This document shows, piece after piece, positions 1 to 11,774 of a stretch of 64,000 bases of DNA. The position numbers and the translations under genes were made by a program. How positions within the stretch are numbered: the stretch's first letter is position 1; each line of letters begins with the position of its first letter. The stretch comes from Fimicolochytrium jonesii (Eukaryota), in assembly GCF_025526975.1 (NCBI RefSeq), contig NW_026515675.1:744001-808000 (forward strand), read 5' to 3'. The notes beneath the pieces were generated by a model. The model made no database searches. It was not told where the DNA came from and saw nothing but the letters and a program-made list of their open reading frames with translations.

Positions 1-1
1 A

Positions 2-771
2 CGGATCGCCCAATCCAAAGACCCGCAACTCGAGGAGCTTGGACGATTCTACAAGGAGCAGACGGCCTTCTTGAAGACGCTGCAGGGGGTCACGGATATA
101 CGCCACCCGAGCGCGGAGGGCATCGAGGTTGTCTGGGATCGGGGCGAGGATGCGTTTGCGGTGCTGGTGACGTTCAGGAGGGATGCGGGGAGGGCGAGTG
201 GGTGGGTTGTTGATGCGCAGGTATGATTTTGTCATTTGTTTTTCTTTTTTTTTCGCACGATTGTTAACTCTTCTTGATCGTAGTTCACAAACACACCCTA
301 CCCCTATCCCCTAACCGCCCTCCTCCAAACCGCCAACACCCATCCCACCCTCGACTCCACCCTCCGCTACCTCACCGCCACGATCCCACTGCGCACACGC
401 AACCACATCGCCCGTGAGCGCGAACTAGCCCATCTCACAACCGACGGTCTCCACCCCGACATGCATATCAGCTACGACTCGCACACGCGGCAGGTGGTTG
501 TGCATGTCGACACAACTGGACGCACGTTTGTGCTGTTTTTGGGGGAGGGATATCCGGGAAGTGGGATGGAAGGGGTGGAAGTTGTAGGCGTGGAGCCGAG
601 AGTGAGTGAAAGTGAGGGTGTGGAGGGGTGGACGGTATGTATCGTGTTTGGTGTATATAATGAGTGCGTGGGTGATTCATTCATTGTGTTGACTAACTTC
701 ATGGTTTCTAGGACCGGCTGAGAGCGAGTGGGGCAAGGTGCTTCAAAGATGTCTTGGGTTTGTTGCAGTGA
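2..771 (+). CDS. 3' part of a spliced gene truncated by the window start; unknown protein, possibly tandem RWD-like (kinetochore-type) folds
   Basis: Exons 2-220, 284-634 and 712-771 join in frame across GT..AG introns 221-283 and 635-711 (branch GACTAAC): RIAQSKDPQLEELGRFYKEQTAFLKTLQGV...VVVHVDTTGRTFVLFLGEGYP...DVLGLLQ*. The fold guess is weak inference. Confidence 0.55.
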
Positions 772-1368
772 GGAGGGGATGTGGGATCAGGGTTTGATTA
801 GGATGGAAAGGAGTTGTTGCAGGTGTACCGTATATGTATGTGTAGATGGCCTCGTGTGGTGTTGACGAGTGGGGCGACGTGCTTGGCAGTCTTGCCATTG
901 TTGCGGTGAACTGGATTGGGAGTAGGACGGAAGCAGGGACGGAAGGCCGTCCTTCACGCGTACTTGGACAGACACTCCTTCGTTCAACCGCATATTTGGA
1001 TCGAGCTACGACATCCTGAATACAATGCTGGAAAAACTTTCTCATGGCTGTTGCTGAGGAAAAGATAACATGTTTGTTGGCGCGGAATGTTGAGGTGGTT
1101 GCCCCCCATCAGCGATGCCCAACACATAGTGACTCCTGCAATCCAATTTATGGATTTGATGATACACAACCCCTATCCAGCAAAGTTGCCCGGGATATAT
1201 GTGATAGAACCCATCGAAACATGAATCGATATGACCAATCCACGTACAAGCAAGAGGGAAGCGGTTCCACCCAGGATGTAATGGATGCCAGTGCTTGCAT
1301 ATTGCATCATATCTTTTTGGAGGAACATCCACGATTTGCGAACGGATGTTTTGTATGGCCCGTGTGAA

Positions 1369-3797
1369 ATGATGAAAGAGTGGAAGAGGAGTTCTTTGTC
1401 CGAAAACAACGGAGACGCTTCTTCCAACGCGTCCCTGCTCACGCCGAACTTGCTCTCACACGATCTGACATTGAACACCCACCACATTGCAAGAGAAGAT
1501 ACCCATATATACACACCCCTTCAGACAGCAAGCAAACGGCAGAGCATCGGCATGATCAGCGACGCCACCAACAGAATGACCAACACCACGCGTCCCTCAC
1601 CGACACCCGTCAACTTGCAAACCCCCTCCCGCTCCCTCCGCGCCCGTATTACCCGCGTCGATTACAGCAATTCCGGCACGGGCAAGTCCGCGCGGCGGCG
1701 CGGGACGAGTAGCAGGGCGTCGAGTGTGTTTACGGATGTTGGGGAAGGGCATGAGGGGAATGAGGAGAATGTTAATGTCGGGAGTCCATTGCCTGGTATG
1801 TGTGGGTGCGTTCTTGATAACGATAACGGGGGAAAGAAGAGGAATGCTAAAGGGGGGTTTTGGAATGGCAGTGAAGACACCAGTGACACCGGCGTTCCGA
1901 AAGGCGGGATCGACGGGGAGTAACCATACGGCGTTCAAGCTTGGCCCTGCGGACGATATTTTCAGCAACATCGAGGTGTCGGCTGAGGATACCATCATAG
2001 GTGCGTTCGGGGCATAGGGTTATCATTGGGGGGTACATAGATCTGATGTGTTTTCTCTTCACACGCATACAGAACAACCCCACCCGCTAACAACCCTCTT
2101 TGACGGCTTCGCAAGCATCCTGGGACTCCTGTGGAGAATGACGCTTCTGCCCTGGAAATGGATGTACAAACGTCGCGCGGCGCTGAAGCTCATCGTCGTC
2201 TTCCTCATCGTTTCCACACTGTTTTATTTTCTAAGGGAGTATCAGCCGTCGAGGGGAGAGAGGCATTATGTTCGGGTGCCGGTGGTTGATACGAAGCCAT
2301 CGCTGCCGCTGCCGCCAACGGAACAGGATTCGGATCAGGAGTGGGAGAAGGTTAGGCAGGAGTATCCCAGGTTGAGTGACGGGATCAAGCGCGTGCAGGG
2401 GACCGTTGAGGTGTTGGAGACAAGGGTTCAGGAGACGGAGACGCGGTATGACGGGTTGGAGAAGAATGTTCAAAGTCTGGAAACGAAGCATGATGGGCTG
2501 AAGACACAGCATGAGGAGCTGATAACTCAGCATGAGGGGCTCGCCACGGTTGTCGCGGATCAGAAACGCAGTATTGAGAATGTTGTGGATAATGTGCAAG
2601 CTGTGGAGCGAAAACAGGCGGAGCACAATCAGAAATTGGATGAGCTTCGGCAGGCGCGGGATGAGGACCAGGACCGCATGCGGAGGGAGTTGGAGGCTGC
2701 AGAGCAGAAGCGAGCAGAACTTGCGACTCAGGTTGACAACCATGGAATAAAGCTGTCATCTGTGGAGACCAACGCAAACCGCCTAGAGACCAAAATCGAC
2801 TCTGTGCGGGACGCGTGGCGAGAAGAGCTAACCGCCACCGAGAAAACCATGAACACAAAAATCGACCACAACATCCTCTACCTCCGCGACGACTACACCC
2901 GCCTTGCGCTACATGTCTCCGACCTCGCAGAAGTCGTCCTTAAAGTTGCCAGCAACCCGCGCCGCCACAGCGAAGACCTCCTTCCACCGGACTACGCGCT
3001 GGGAAGCGGCGGGGGGAGGATTATACCGAAGTTGACGTCTATGAGATACTCGGTGGGCTTTGGGACGCCGTTTTTGGATTTGGTGGGGTATAAGAGGAAG
3101 CCGGGGAAGGATCCGATGACGTTGTTGCAGCCGGAGACGCAGCCGGGGAATTGTTGGCCTATGAAAGGTGAGCAGATATACTCTCTGGAGTGGGGATAAA
3201 TGATTCCCTCTCGGCGCCGGGGGTGATTGATTGTCTGGCATCCCTCACTGATAGAGTTTGTTTCCGCTCATAGGCAGCATCGGTCAATTCGGAATCCAAC
3301 TCATCCGTCCCATCATCCCCACCGCCCTCACAATCGAACACGCGCCCAAAGAATCCTGGACCTCTCACGAATCCATCTCCGCCCTCCGGCATTTCGAACT
3401 GTACGCCGTCTACAACCCCTCCAGCACCTTCGAAACCGCCGCGGCCGCCAATGCAACAAATACCGACATGGACGCCAACGCCACCACTCCACCGCCGCGC
3501 CTACACCTCCTCACCGCTGAATTTAACCCGCATGTTTCTGCGACAACCACATTCGCGGTTCCCGGGACGGTGGTTGAGGCGTTGAGGGGGGTTTTGGAGA
3601 GGACGGGCGTGGCCGTGCCGGCGGTGATGGTGAAGGTGAAGGGGAATTGGGGACATGAGGAGTGGACTTGTGTTTATCGGGTTAGGGTGCATGGGGAGCC
3701 GGTGGGGGATAGGGGGTTGGAGAAGGCGGGGGAGGAGGAGGGAGCGGTTGGGGAGGTGGTGCGGGATGGGAGTGCTGATGTTGGAGACGGGGTTTGA
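1369..3797 (+). CDS. SUN-domain (Sad1/UNC-84) inner nuclear membrane protein; start codon uncertain
   Basis: Disordered N-terminus, TM helix (LKLIVVFLIVSTLFYFL), long coiled coil, SUN motifs DYALGSGGGRII, PGNCWPMKG, TIEH, NWGHEEWTCVYRVRVHG. Introns ~1796-1871, 2001-2072, 3168-3273 join ORFs 1285, 1724, 2048 and 3258. Confidence 0.9.
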
Positions 3798-4092
3798 GGC
3801 GGTAGCTGGGTTATCATTATTGTGTGCGGTGGCAGCTGTCCAGCGTAAGTGTCATACGCATTGCAAGCTTTGCAAGGGTGCTCATCCAATCACGGCGCTT
3901 TTTGCGAAGTAGCCCTAGTAGCCCCCCGAACCACAATAATCTCGACTCCTGACACAAACTGGTCATAGAAACCCCTGCTTCTGAAGCTATCCGCGCCACC
4001 AACCACACCTTCCCCGAGTAGGTCGGTAGAGCCACTACCATTAAGCATACCCTCAAAGCCACCTCGGCTTGCGGATCGCTACCGGTTAATCC

Positions 4093-5679
4093 ATGTCCTG
4101 GCTCGGGAAGCTGTTTCGTCAATATAACGCGCCGGTCGACTTCTTCGCCCGCTCGAAGGAACTCCTTAGGAAACACAGGGATCCCAGAGAGTTATGCGAA
4201 GCGTTGTTAGAAACCTTCGAACCGCCATTAGGCTCGGCGGCAGCGGAGGGTTTCGTTCGACAAATCCTTGTAGGGCTGGAACGGCATGGACAGCAAAGTC
4301 TGGAAGCCGATGATGTTACCTTCGTCGTAGATGGCACCCCGGCTTCGAGTCCCGCGCTCCGCAAACGCCTTAACGCTGCAGCACCTGAATTCACCCCGTC
4401 GTCCTCCCCCGTCCCCAGAAGAGCCGAAGACGTCGAACCACCCGCGGATGCCGCTGACGAGGAGTATCTCGATTATGAAGAGGAACACGGATACAGCACA
4501 CTATCACCGGAAGAGATATTACAGTCCGTATTCATGGACTTACCGGTGGAGGAAATCCGAGACAGCTTGATCGCCAACGGCTGGAACGTTGAGCGAACGC
4601 TCGAAACTCTTCTGACGCCGGAAGTGCCTCACATCCAATTGGACGCAAACTACGACCGGCCCACGCAGACGAGCACAGCTATAAGCACGCAAAATGTGCG
4701 CCCCGTGTGCCGGCACTTTCTAGGAGGTAACTGTTACAGGTCGGATTGCTGGTATTCCCATGATCCAGAGGGTCTGGTCTGCAGATATTGGTTGTCCGGT
4801 GGATGTATGAAAGGCACGGCTTGCCCGTTTACCCATGGCTCCGACTTGCTGGGGCGCACAACAGAGACTGCTCAAAGGTCCCATCCAAGCATACCACAAC
4901 CGGCACGACCCCCAGCGGAGGACTTTCCGGCATTATCAGCAAGCAAAGGGCCAGCGAGAGCGAAACTCGATTTCTGGGGTCCTACCCAAAAATTTGTCGA
5001 TGTGGCGAGGAAGAAGCCAGCGAAAGGATCTCTTCCGCCTTCTGTTTCGAATACGAATGCACCGTCTGCGCTGGTGCCTTTGAAACGCTCAACGACTCTT
5101 GTGCAGGCCAAGTGGGTAAGCACTGGCGATACTCTGGCTGCGACCTATACCCAATTTCGCCAAGAGGCCATTGACGCAGCTATTCAAAGAAACAAGCTAT
5201 TTCAGAGGTGGGCAATTCATCAAGTGAACATCACTTGGAAGCATCATCCCGCTAATACGAGCTTTTCCAGGGCTACGCAGGCTTACCTTTCGGGAAACAA
5301 GGCAGCAGCCAAAGCATTCTCACTTGGAGCTCATCGCATGAATGAGCGAGTAGAAGAACTTCATCGGCAAGCCGGAAAGCGCATATACGCAACTCGCAAC
5401 GCCTCGCACACCGTCAACGGGAATGGTGATGTCCAAGTCGACCTGCATGGCTTGCATCCAAGCGAGGCGGTGGAGATGCTCGAATCCAAGATCGCAAACC
5501 TCAAACGGCAGAATTTTTCTGGGAGGCTGATTGTAGTGACGGGCACCGGGAACCACAGTCGCGGGCAAAAGGCCAAATTGCTTCCAGCCATCCGAGAGTA
5601 CTTGCAGCAGAAAGGCCTCCGGGCGCAGGAATCGAGCATGTCAGATAGGCGGGGCGGGGCCTTCACAATAAATATATAA
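4093..5679 (+). CDS. PAM2 / CUE-like / tandem CCCH zinc finger / DUF1771 / Smr-domain protein (putative mRNA-surveillance endonuclease)
   Basis: LNAAAPEFTP (PAM2); CRHFLGGNCYRSDCWYSH and CRYWLSGGCMKGTACPFTH (CCCH); VDLHGLHPSEA and VVTGTGNHS (Smr). In-frame 63-nt intron 5208-5270 is read through by the ORF track. Confidence 0.9.
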   Translation: MSWLGKLFRQYNAPVDFFARSKELLRKHRDPRELCEALLETFEPPLGSAAAEGFVRQILVGLERHGQQSLEADDVTFVVDGTPASSPALRKRLNAAAPEFTPSSSPVPRRAEDVEPPADAADEEYLDYEEEHGYSTLSPEEILQSVFMDLPVEEIRDSLIANGWNVERTLETLLTPEVPHIQLDANYDRPTQTSTAISTQNVRPVCRHFLGGNCYRSDCWYSHDPEGLVCRYWLSGGCMKGTACPFTHGSDLLGRTTETAQRSHPSIPQPARPPAEDFPALSASKGPARAKLDFWGPTQKFVDVARKKPAKGSLPPSVSNTNAPSALVPLKRSTTLVQAKWVSTGDTLAATYTQFRQEAIDAAIQRNKLFQRWAIHQVNITWKHHPANTSFSRATQAYLSGNKAAAKAFSLGAHRMNERVEELHRQAGKRIYATRNASHTVNGNGDVQVDLHGLHPSEAVEMLESKIANLKRQNFSGRLIVVTGTGNHSRGQKAKLLPAIREYLQQKGLRAQESSMSDRRGGAFTINI

Positions 5680-6210
5680 AGAACGTAAACACAACGAAAA
5701 ATTGATGGCGTATGCACATTACTCGTACTCGTAAAACCCAGATGGCTTCAAGAGCAGATCCGAGCGCATTCCTCAGCACACATCATTCATCATTGAGAGA
5801 ACGGCACGTAGAGATGAGATGTGTTGCATTATAGAAAGTGAAAACGTGTTTGACAAAGGATGTGGTCAAAATGATCAGAATGAGATGTGTTGTGCAATGT
5901 GAAAGTCAAAGATCAGATACCATATTCATGCATTCACGGAGAGTGTAAATGTTTTCGGCAGAGCGAGGTCATCAAAATGAGGTCTGAGATGCATGCATGA
6001 TGAAGACCAAAGATAGACGTGATGTGCATGCATTATGGAAAGTGAAGATGTATGTGACAAACAGAGGAGGGTGCCCGGGAACTGTGATGCTATGTACAAT
6101 GCGGGATGGGTACAGACAAGAAAAGAAGAAAAGAAATGCATGCTAAACTATATTTTTATTGCTCTACCGATGCGAGGACAACAACGGACTGGGCGGCAAT
6201 AGGGGAGTAT

Positions 6211-7140
6211 TCAGTAGCTGGAGTACCCAGCCTTGTCGGCATCATCGCGCTTGTAGTTCTCGTGCTCGTAGTCGTTGTAGTAACCGTCGTTTTCGGCGTC
6301 ACCGCGCTTGTAGTTCTCGTGCTCGTAGTCGTTGTAGTAACCGGCCGTCTCGGCATCATCGCGCTTGTAGTTCTCGTGCTCGTAGTCGTTGTAGTAACCG
6401 TCCTTTTCGGCGTCACCGCGCTTGTAGTTCTTGTGCTCGTAGTCGTTGTAGTAACCGGCCGTCTCGGCATCATCGCGCTTGTAGCTCCCGTAGCCAGCAT
6501 CGGTGGCAGCGTCGTCGCCGCGCTTCACCTTGTACCCGTAGCCCCCGTAGCCAGCATCGGCGGCAGCGTCTTCGCTTCGCTTCACCTTGTACCCGTAGCC
6601 CCCGTAGCCAGCATCGGTGGCAGCGTCGTCGCCGCGCTTCACCTTGTACCCGTAGCCCCCGTAGCCAGCATCGGCGGCAGCGTCTTCGCTTCGCTTCACC
6701 TTGTACCCGTAGCCCCCGTAGCCAGCATCGGCGGCAGCGTCTTCGCTTCGCTTGTACATCCGGCCCCTGCGGTGGGAGTCCCTGTCCCATTCGTTGTTCT
6801 GTGTTGGTGCGAAAGTGATGGAAAGTGATGGTAAGTAGTCGGCAGAAAGCTTCTCTCTCTCTCCCCAAATCGCCGGTTTACTTACGTTGGACATGTAGTA
6901 GTTCTCGTGCTTAGGACGGCGATGCATGTTGCTATAGCCGTAGTCGTTGCGGTAACGGTTGTTCTCCATGTAGTAACCGCGGCGACCAAGGCTATCAGCA
7001 GAACCGGAGTCGGTGGTGTCGACTGCAACGTCATGGTTAGCAGCGACGGTGGTAGTGGCCACGGCGGGAGCAGTAGGCGCGGCGAGGGCACCACCGAGAG
7101 AAGCGAGAGTGAGAGCGGTAAGAGCTGCGGAGATGTGCAT
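6211..7140 (-). CDS. Secreted Kex2-processed repeat protein (KEP); Tyr-rich peptide precursor, ~280 aa after splicing
   Basis: Signal peptide MHISAALTALTLASLGGALA; in-frame 87-nt intron 6799-6885 (GTAAGT..CAG); then KR-terminated units SEDAAADAGYGGYGYKVKR / GDDAATDAGYGGYGYKVKR and DDAETAGYYNDYEHENYKR / GDAEKDGYYNDYEHENYKR. Confidence 0.88.
   Translation of the reverse strand: MHISAALTALTLASLGGALAAPTAPAVATTTVAANHDVAVDTTDSGSADSLGRRGYYMENNRYRNDYGYSNMHRRPKHENYYMSNVSKPAIWGEREKLSADYLPSLSITFAPTQNNEWDRDSHRRGRMYKRSEDAAADAGYGGYGYKVKRSEDAAADAGYGGYGYKVKRGDDAATDAGYGGYGYKVKRSEDAAADAGYGGYGYKVKRGDDAATDAGYGSYKRDDAETAGYYNDYEHKNYKRGDAEKDGYYNDYEHENYKRDDAETAGYYNDYEHENYKRGDAENDGYYNDYEHENYKRDDADKAGYSSY
6244..6756 (-). 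repeat. Coding tandem array of 57-bp units: two repeat families, each with alternating A/B variants
   Basis: Four 57-bp GYGGYGYKVKR units, one shortened bridging unit (GYGSYKR), then four 57-bp GYYNDYEHENYKR units, directly visible in the sequence. Confidence 0.95.
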
Positions 7141-7267
7141 AATTGAGCGTTGTTTTTGATTGATGAAAGATGTGTTTGGAGAGAGAATGTGTTGATACTG
7201 TTGGAGTTGTTGGTTGGAGTGATGGTTTGAAGTGTTGGTGTTGGAGCTGTGTGTGAGAAGGGTCTTC

Positions 7268-7274
7268 TTTTATA
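7268..7274 (-). promoter_or_regulatory. Candidate TATA box of the KEP gene
   Basis: TATAAAA on the minus strand ~130 nt upstream of the ATG at 7140, followed by a CA-rich 5' leader. Confidence 0.5.
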
Positions 7275-8141
7275 CTCGAAAGCCGTTGGCTCCGATTTCA
7301 AAGTCCATACCTGACCACAGCAGCGCAACAGTAGAGCGAAGCCTTTGCACTGCATGCTCGCCGTGAGGGGATGTTACTGATCCGAGTCGTCCGCAGAGCG
7401 GCCGGGTGCCATGCGGCGAGCAGAGTAATCCAAACGATCGCAACCGCCGTGTCCGCACCGGTTTGCCACTGCCATGCCGGCCACCATCACCCCCGCGCTA
7501 TGACCATCTCGGAGCGGCCGTCGGACGGCAGCGGTCAGCAATCACTCTCTGATTGGAACAGGCGGATTTCGGATGTCTGGGAAAGCAAGCGGCTTCAGAC
7601 CGTCCAGCGGCGGATCCTGCCGTTCTATCATTGAAGACCGGGGTGTGTGAGGGACGGGGGGAATGCGCTATGACAGGCTGTCAAACTGTCAGAACGCCGC
7701 ACCTGCTGTCAATTTCGGGTCTCGCCTCAGGCACATCTCAAACTCCGTTTTCCGGGAATCTCCTTCCGCCACATGCGGCCAACCGTCTGTTTCCGCTTGC
7801 AAAGGATAGCGAGGACCGTGACAAATGCCACACCAACATCACCTATCCACGCGATCCGAATTGCGGTAGCGTCCGCGATCGTCCGCCTCTTAGATCTAGA
7901 CTTCGCCTCATTACCAAGCATTTGATTTTCCCTCGTAGGAAGAACACGCGGTAGTCCAAACAGAAAGCTTTGAGAACCAAGCCTTGTTCAGGCGCAAAGA
8001 ATTTATTTGCAATTGCAAATTTGTAATGAACGAAGGATGTCGAAATTCATGCGAGGTATAGCACAAAGAGGGATTGATACTGAGTGAATGCTCTATCTAG
8101 GAACGAGGTCTAGATGCTCTATCTAGGGGTAATGAATGCAT

Positions 8142-11008
8142 CTAAGCTAGGACGACCTCCCAGTCGTCGCCAAGTCTGACGTTGACCTCGATCTTGGTCT
8201 TATTGCCCTTGACGTGAACAGCGACGTTCTTGGCCTTGCCGTTGACGACGAGCTTGGCGCTCTTGACCTCCTTGTAGCCGACAAGAGAAACGTACTTGAT
8301 GTGGGTCGGGTCCCTCTTCTGGAAGTGGTTCTTGGGAGAGAAGGGGATTTCACCGAGACCGTTGGTGTAAACCGACTTCTTGCCGGCAAGAACGTCGCAA
8401 GACTTGATGGTCTTGCCTTCCAAAGAAACCTCCTTCCAGATGTAGGCGCCCTTTTGATTTTCAAAGGAGGTTCCGTCGTCGTGGTAGATCTTCCCAGAGG
8501 CCGTGCCTTCCTTGGAAACAGCGACGATGACCTCCAAAGGCAGGACCGAGTGAGTTTTTGATGATCCGTCGGTGACGCCGAATCTCGTCGGAAGGACGGT
8601 ACCACCGCGGACGAAGGCAGCGATGGTGTCCCAGGGGGCCTCAACTTCGTACAATCCCTTCTTGTCGACCTTAGCCCAGTCGAAGAGATTGTAGTAGCTC
8701 TGGTCCTCGGCAATGTAAATGGTCGTCTTTGTGACGTTGGGCGCCGCTACGGGCTTCACGAGAATCGACGATCCAAAGAAATATTGGTCGTCGTATTCGT
8801 AGGCTTGTGGGTTCTGAGGGAACGAGGCGAACATCGGACGCAGGAGCGGATAGGGCTGAACGGCGTGCGAGAAGAACTCGGTGTAGATGTACGGGAGCAA
8901 CGTGTAGCGGAGACGTATGGCCTTTCGGATGGCCGTGGTGTAGGGTTCGCCGTACACCCAAGGTTCGCGGCGGGCACTGTCCTTGTCGGAGTGTCCACGG
9001 AAGAATCCAGTGAAAACGGCGGAATTGTACCTTGTATAGATATTCAAATGAGTTTCCATGCTAAGAACCTAAGGTGAAAACATTGACACTCAATGATAAC
9101 CTACCAACGAGTCAAAAGCTCCCCACCCGGTCCCATTCCTGGCTCGCTGATGAACCCTCCAATGTCGCCCCCAGCGAATCCATATCCACCAAGCGCGAGC
9201 CCCTGAAGTGTCGGCGATGCCACTTGCAAGTGTTCCCAGGTCGACTTCGAATCACCCATCCACATGGCACCGTAGCGTTGACTTCCAGCAAAGAAGGAGC
9301 GGGTCAGGATGAAGGGACGTTGAGTGTACTTCTCCTTCTTAAGATGGCCGAGATACGAGGAGGCGAGCATGAGGGAGCCAACCATGTTGTGCACCGCCCT
9401 ATGCTCAACACCGTTGACGTGAAGGTTGTCACGCGGGGAAGATTTGTCCGGGCCGGCGAAGACAGCCGGTTCGTTCATGTCGTTCCATGTGAACAAATAC
9501 TTTGTTTGTTCCGGGTACTTCTCGTAGGAGAAGAAGCTCGCCCACAGGCTCCTCGCGTTGGGGTTCAACCAGTCGGGCCAAACCGCAAGCGTTCGGCCCA
9601 TCGACTCATCGATGTTGCTGGGCCAGCATTTGCCCTCGTAGACGGATTTGTTGGCGGTCTTCATCAATAAGTCTGCGTTCAGGAACTGTTTGTAGGCAAA
9701 GTACTTGGAATCCTTGGCCAAATGGGGGTCTTTGATGGTGACCATTTGACGGTGCTTCTTCTCCCCAAAGTAGTTTTGCAGACCAACGGGGTCTTCGAAG
9801 CGAGTGTGGTTCCAGGTGAAGTACCTCATTCCCGATGTGTGGTCAATGTCGAGCCACATGACGTCGTAGGGGATGGAATGTTCGTCGAAGCCGCTGTCGA
9901 CGGCAAGAACGTCGGAGGTGTTCATGTAGGAGTATCGGCATTGGTGGTAACCGAGCGCGAAACGCTGGGGGAGCTGCTGGGAACCAGTGAGCTCAGCGTA
10001 GGAGCGGGAGACCTCGAGGGCGGACTTGCCGAAGAAGAAAACGAGGTCGATCACACCGTCCTCGGACATGAAGTGCGTAGTGGTAGAGTTGTTCTCGCGA
10101 GAGATGTCGACCCAAGCCTCGGCGGGGTTGACCCAGAAGATACCAGCGGCCTGGCCGGGCTTCTGGGCAATGATGAGGGGAATGGCACCGTAGTTGGCAG
10201 CGTTGCTGGGCACGGGGTACGCGTAGGTGTCCGTGTTCCAGAAGCGGTAGGGGTCCTGCCAGTAGGCATCGGCGCCACGGGTGGACTTGAGGTTCAAGGA
10301 AGGCGAGGCGTGCTCGGGGATTCCAGTGACAAAGTCGAAGCCGGGGAATGTAATGTCGGCGGCCACGGATGTAGGGCGGTTGCCGTGCTTGTCGGTGTAG
10401 GTGATGATACCGGTCTTGTCGACCCAGTCGTTGACCTCCGTAATCGTCTCCCAGTTGTCGCCCTCCTTCTTCTTCAAGCTGTTCTCGAAGTTGAACCAAC
10501 CCTTGGAGTTGACTTCAGCGATAGGCTTTCCATCGACGCGGGCAGTCAGTTTGAAAGGCTTCTTCTGGATGAGTACTTCTTTCGCACCGTACTTGACTAG
10601 GATGGTCTTCTCCGTCTCCTTCTTCTCGAGCTTGGATAAGTCGATGTTCTTCGGGTCGTGCTGGAAGGCATGTTTGTAAGCGCCATCGTAACGGACGTGA
10701 GCGGGATTCTCCTCGTTGACGATGAAGCGAGCGGCGTGAGTGTTTTTGAGGAAGGAAAGCTTGAAAGTCAGCTTCTTCTGGGCTTTGCTGTTGTAGATCT
10801 TTCCGACGACAGCGTTCTTGGCATGGTCGAACTCGGCGGACCACAGGGAGTAAGGGCTGTTGGCGGCCGTCCTCGTGTCAGCGATGTTGCGGTTACGGAC
10901 GCAGTAAGGGGTCGTGGTGCAGTTGTGGAAATCAGGCGGGTCGGCAACGACTCCGCGCGCCAATGCGGCGATCGCGAGAGTCGCAGCGACGAGGGGTTTG
11001 AAGACCAT
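8142..11008 (-). CDS. Glycoside hydrolase family 31 alpha-glucosidase (glucosidase II alpha-like) with signal peptide
   Basis: Signal peptide; LGYHQCRYSY, WLDIDH, catalytic WNDMNEP, RPFILTRSFFAGSQRYGAMWMGD, FFRGHS, RREPW. One intron 9031-9104 joins ORFs 9101-11008 and 8142-9059 (LLTRW|YNSAVF). Confidence 0.95.
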
Positions 11009-11081
11009 CTTCAGATTTGTCGTGTGAGTTACGAAACCTGAAAGGTGCTGAAGGCGAAGGGGATGAGGGATGGCGTCGGAG

Positions 11082-11088
11082 TTTTATA
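11082..11088 (-). promoter_or_regulatory. Candidate TATA box of the GH31 gene
   Basis: TATAAAA on the minus strand ~75 nt upstream of the ATG at 11008. Confidence 0.45.
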
Positions 11089-11774
11089 CACTGCTATGAA
11101 GCCGGGTTTGCCAACGCCCATTCTTCACGGAGCTCTCTCGACAACAACTAAAAATTGGCCTCGCTGTTCTTGTATCCCGCCGGCTTCACGAGAGACGCCC
11201 GGTACAGATGGCCGGCGTAGCCCAAAGTTCCGACCACCAACTTCGAAATATCTCTTTTCTCGAAGTCCGCCGCCGGGGCTTGGTCGTAGAAATTATTGTA
11301 GGACCAACCGGCCGTGGGTAGCCTTTCCTCTCGACCCCAACTCGCTGGAAGTTTGACAGATCCTCGCACTTTACGCTCGGAAGCGTCATTCCGGTGTGTC
11401 ATCGATTGAGGGATGAACGGGCGACCGACGGTGGGAAATTGAGTTTGAAGGTGAGGACCCCCTTACCAAATCCCAGCTTCTCCCGAGAGCTCCTATGAGG
11501 CCAACATCCGCCCTCGTGACAGTTTTTCGTGCACATCATGAGACCTTCAGAAGTTGTATATTTAGTTCCTCATGAAATATCCAAATTACATGATTCCTGT
11601 TCACTTGGTCCCGAGTCGGCGGCCGGAAGCGTCAAAATGCCAAATGAAGGGAAGTTGTAGATATATGTACGCCCTCGGAGGATTCTACCGAGCTCCGGTA
11701 CAGGGGTCGCTCTATAGTGCCCCGCCATCGAGGGTGCTGTGAAAGCCCCACGAAAGAGCTTCAGCGGCTTCCAG

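Noticed and set aside
6106..6828. Antisense ORFs with hydrophobic (LVVLVLVVVVV) or Cys/Arg repeats
   Set aside because: Shadow frames of the 57-bp KEP repeats; the minus strand has the signal peptide, intron and TATA box.
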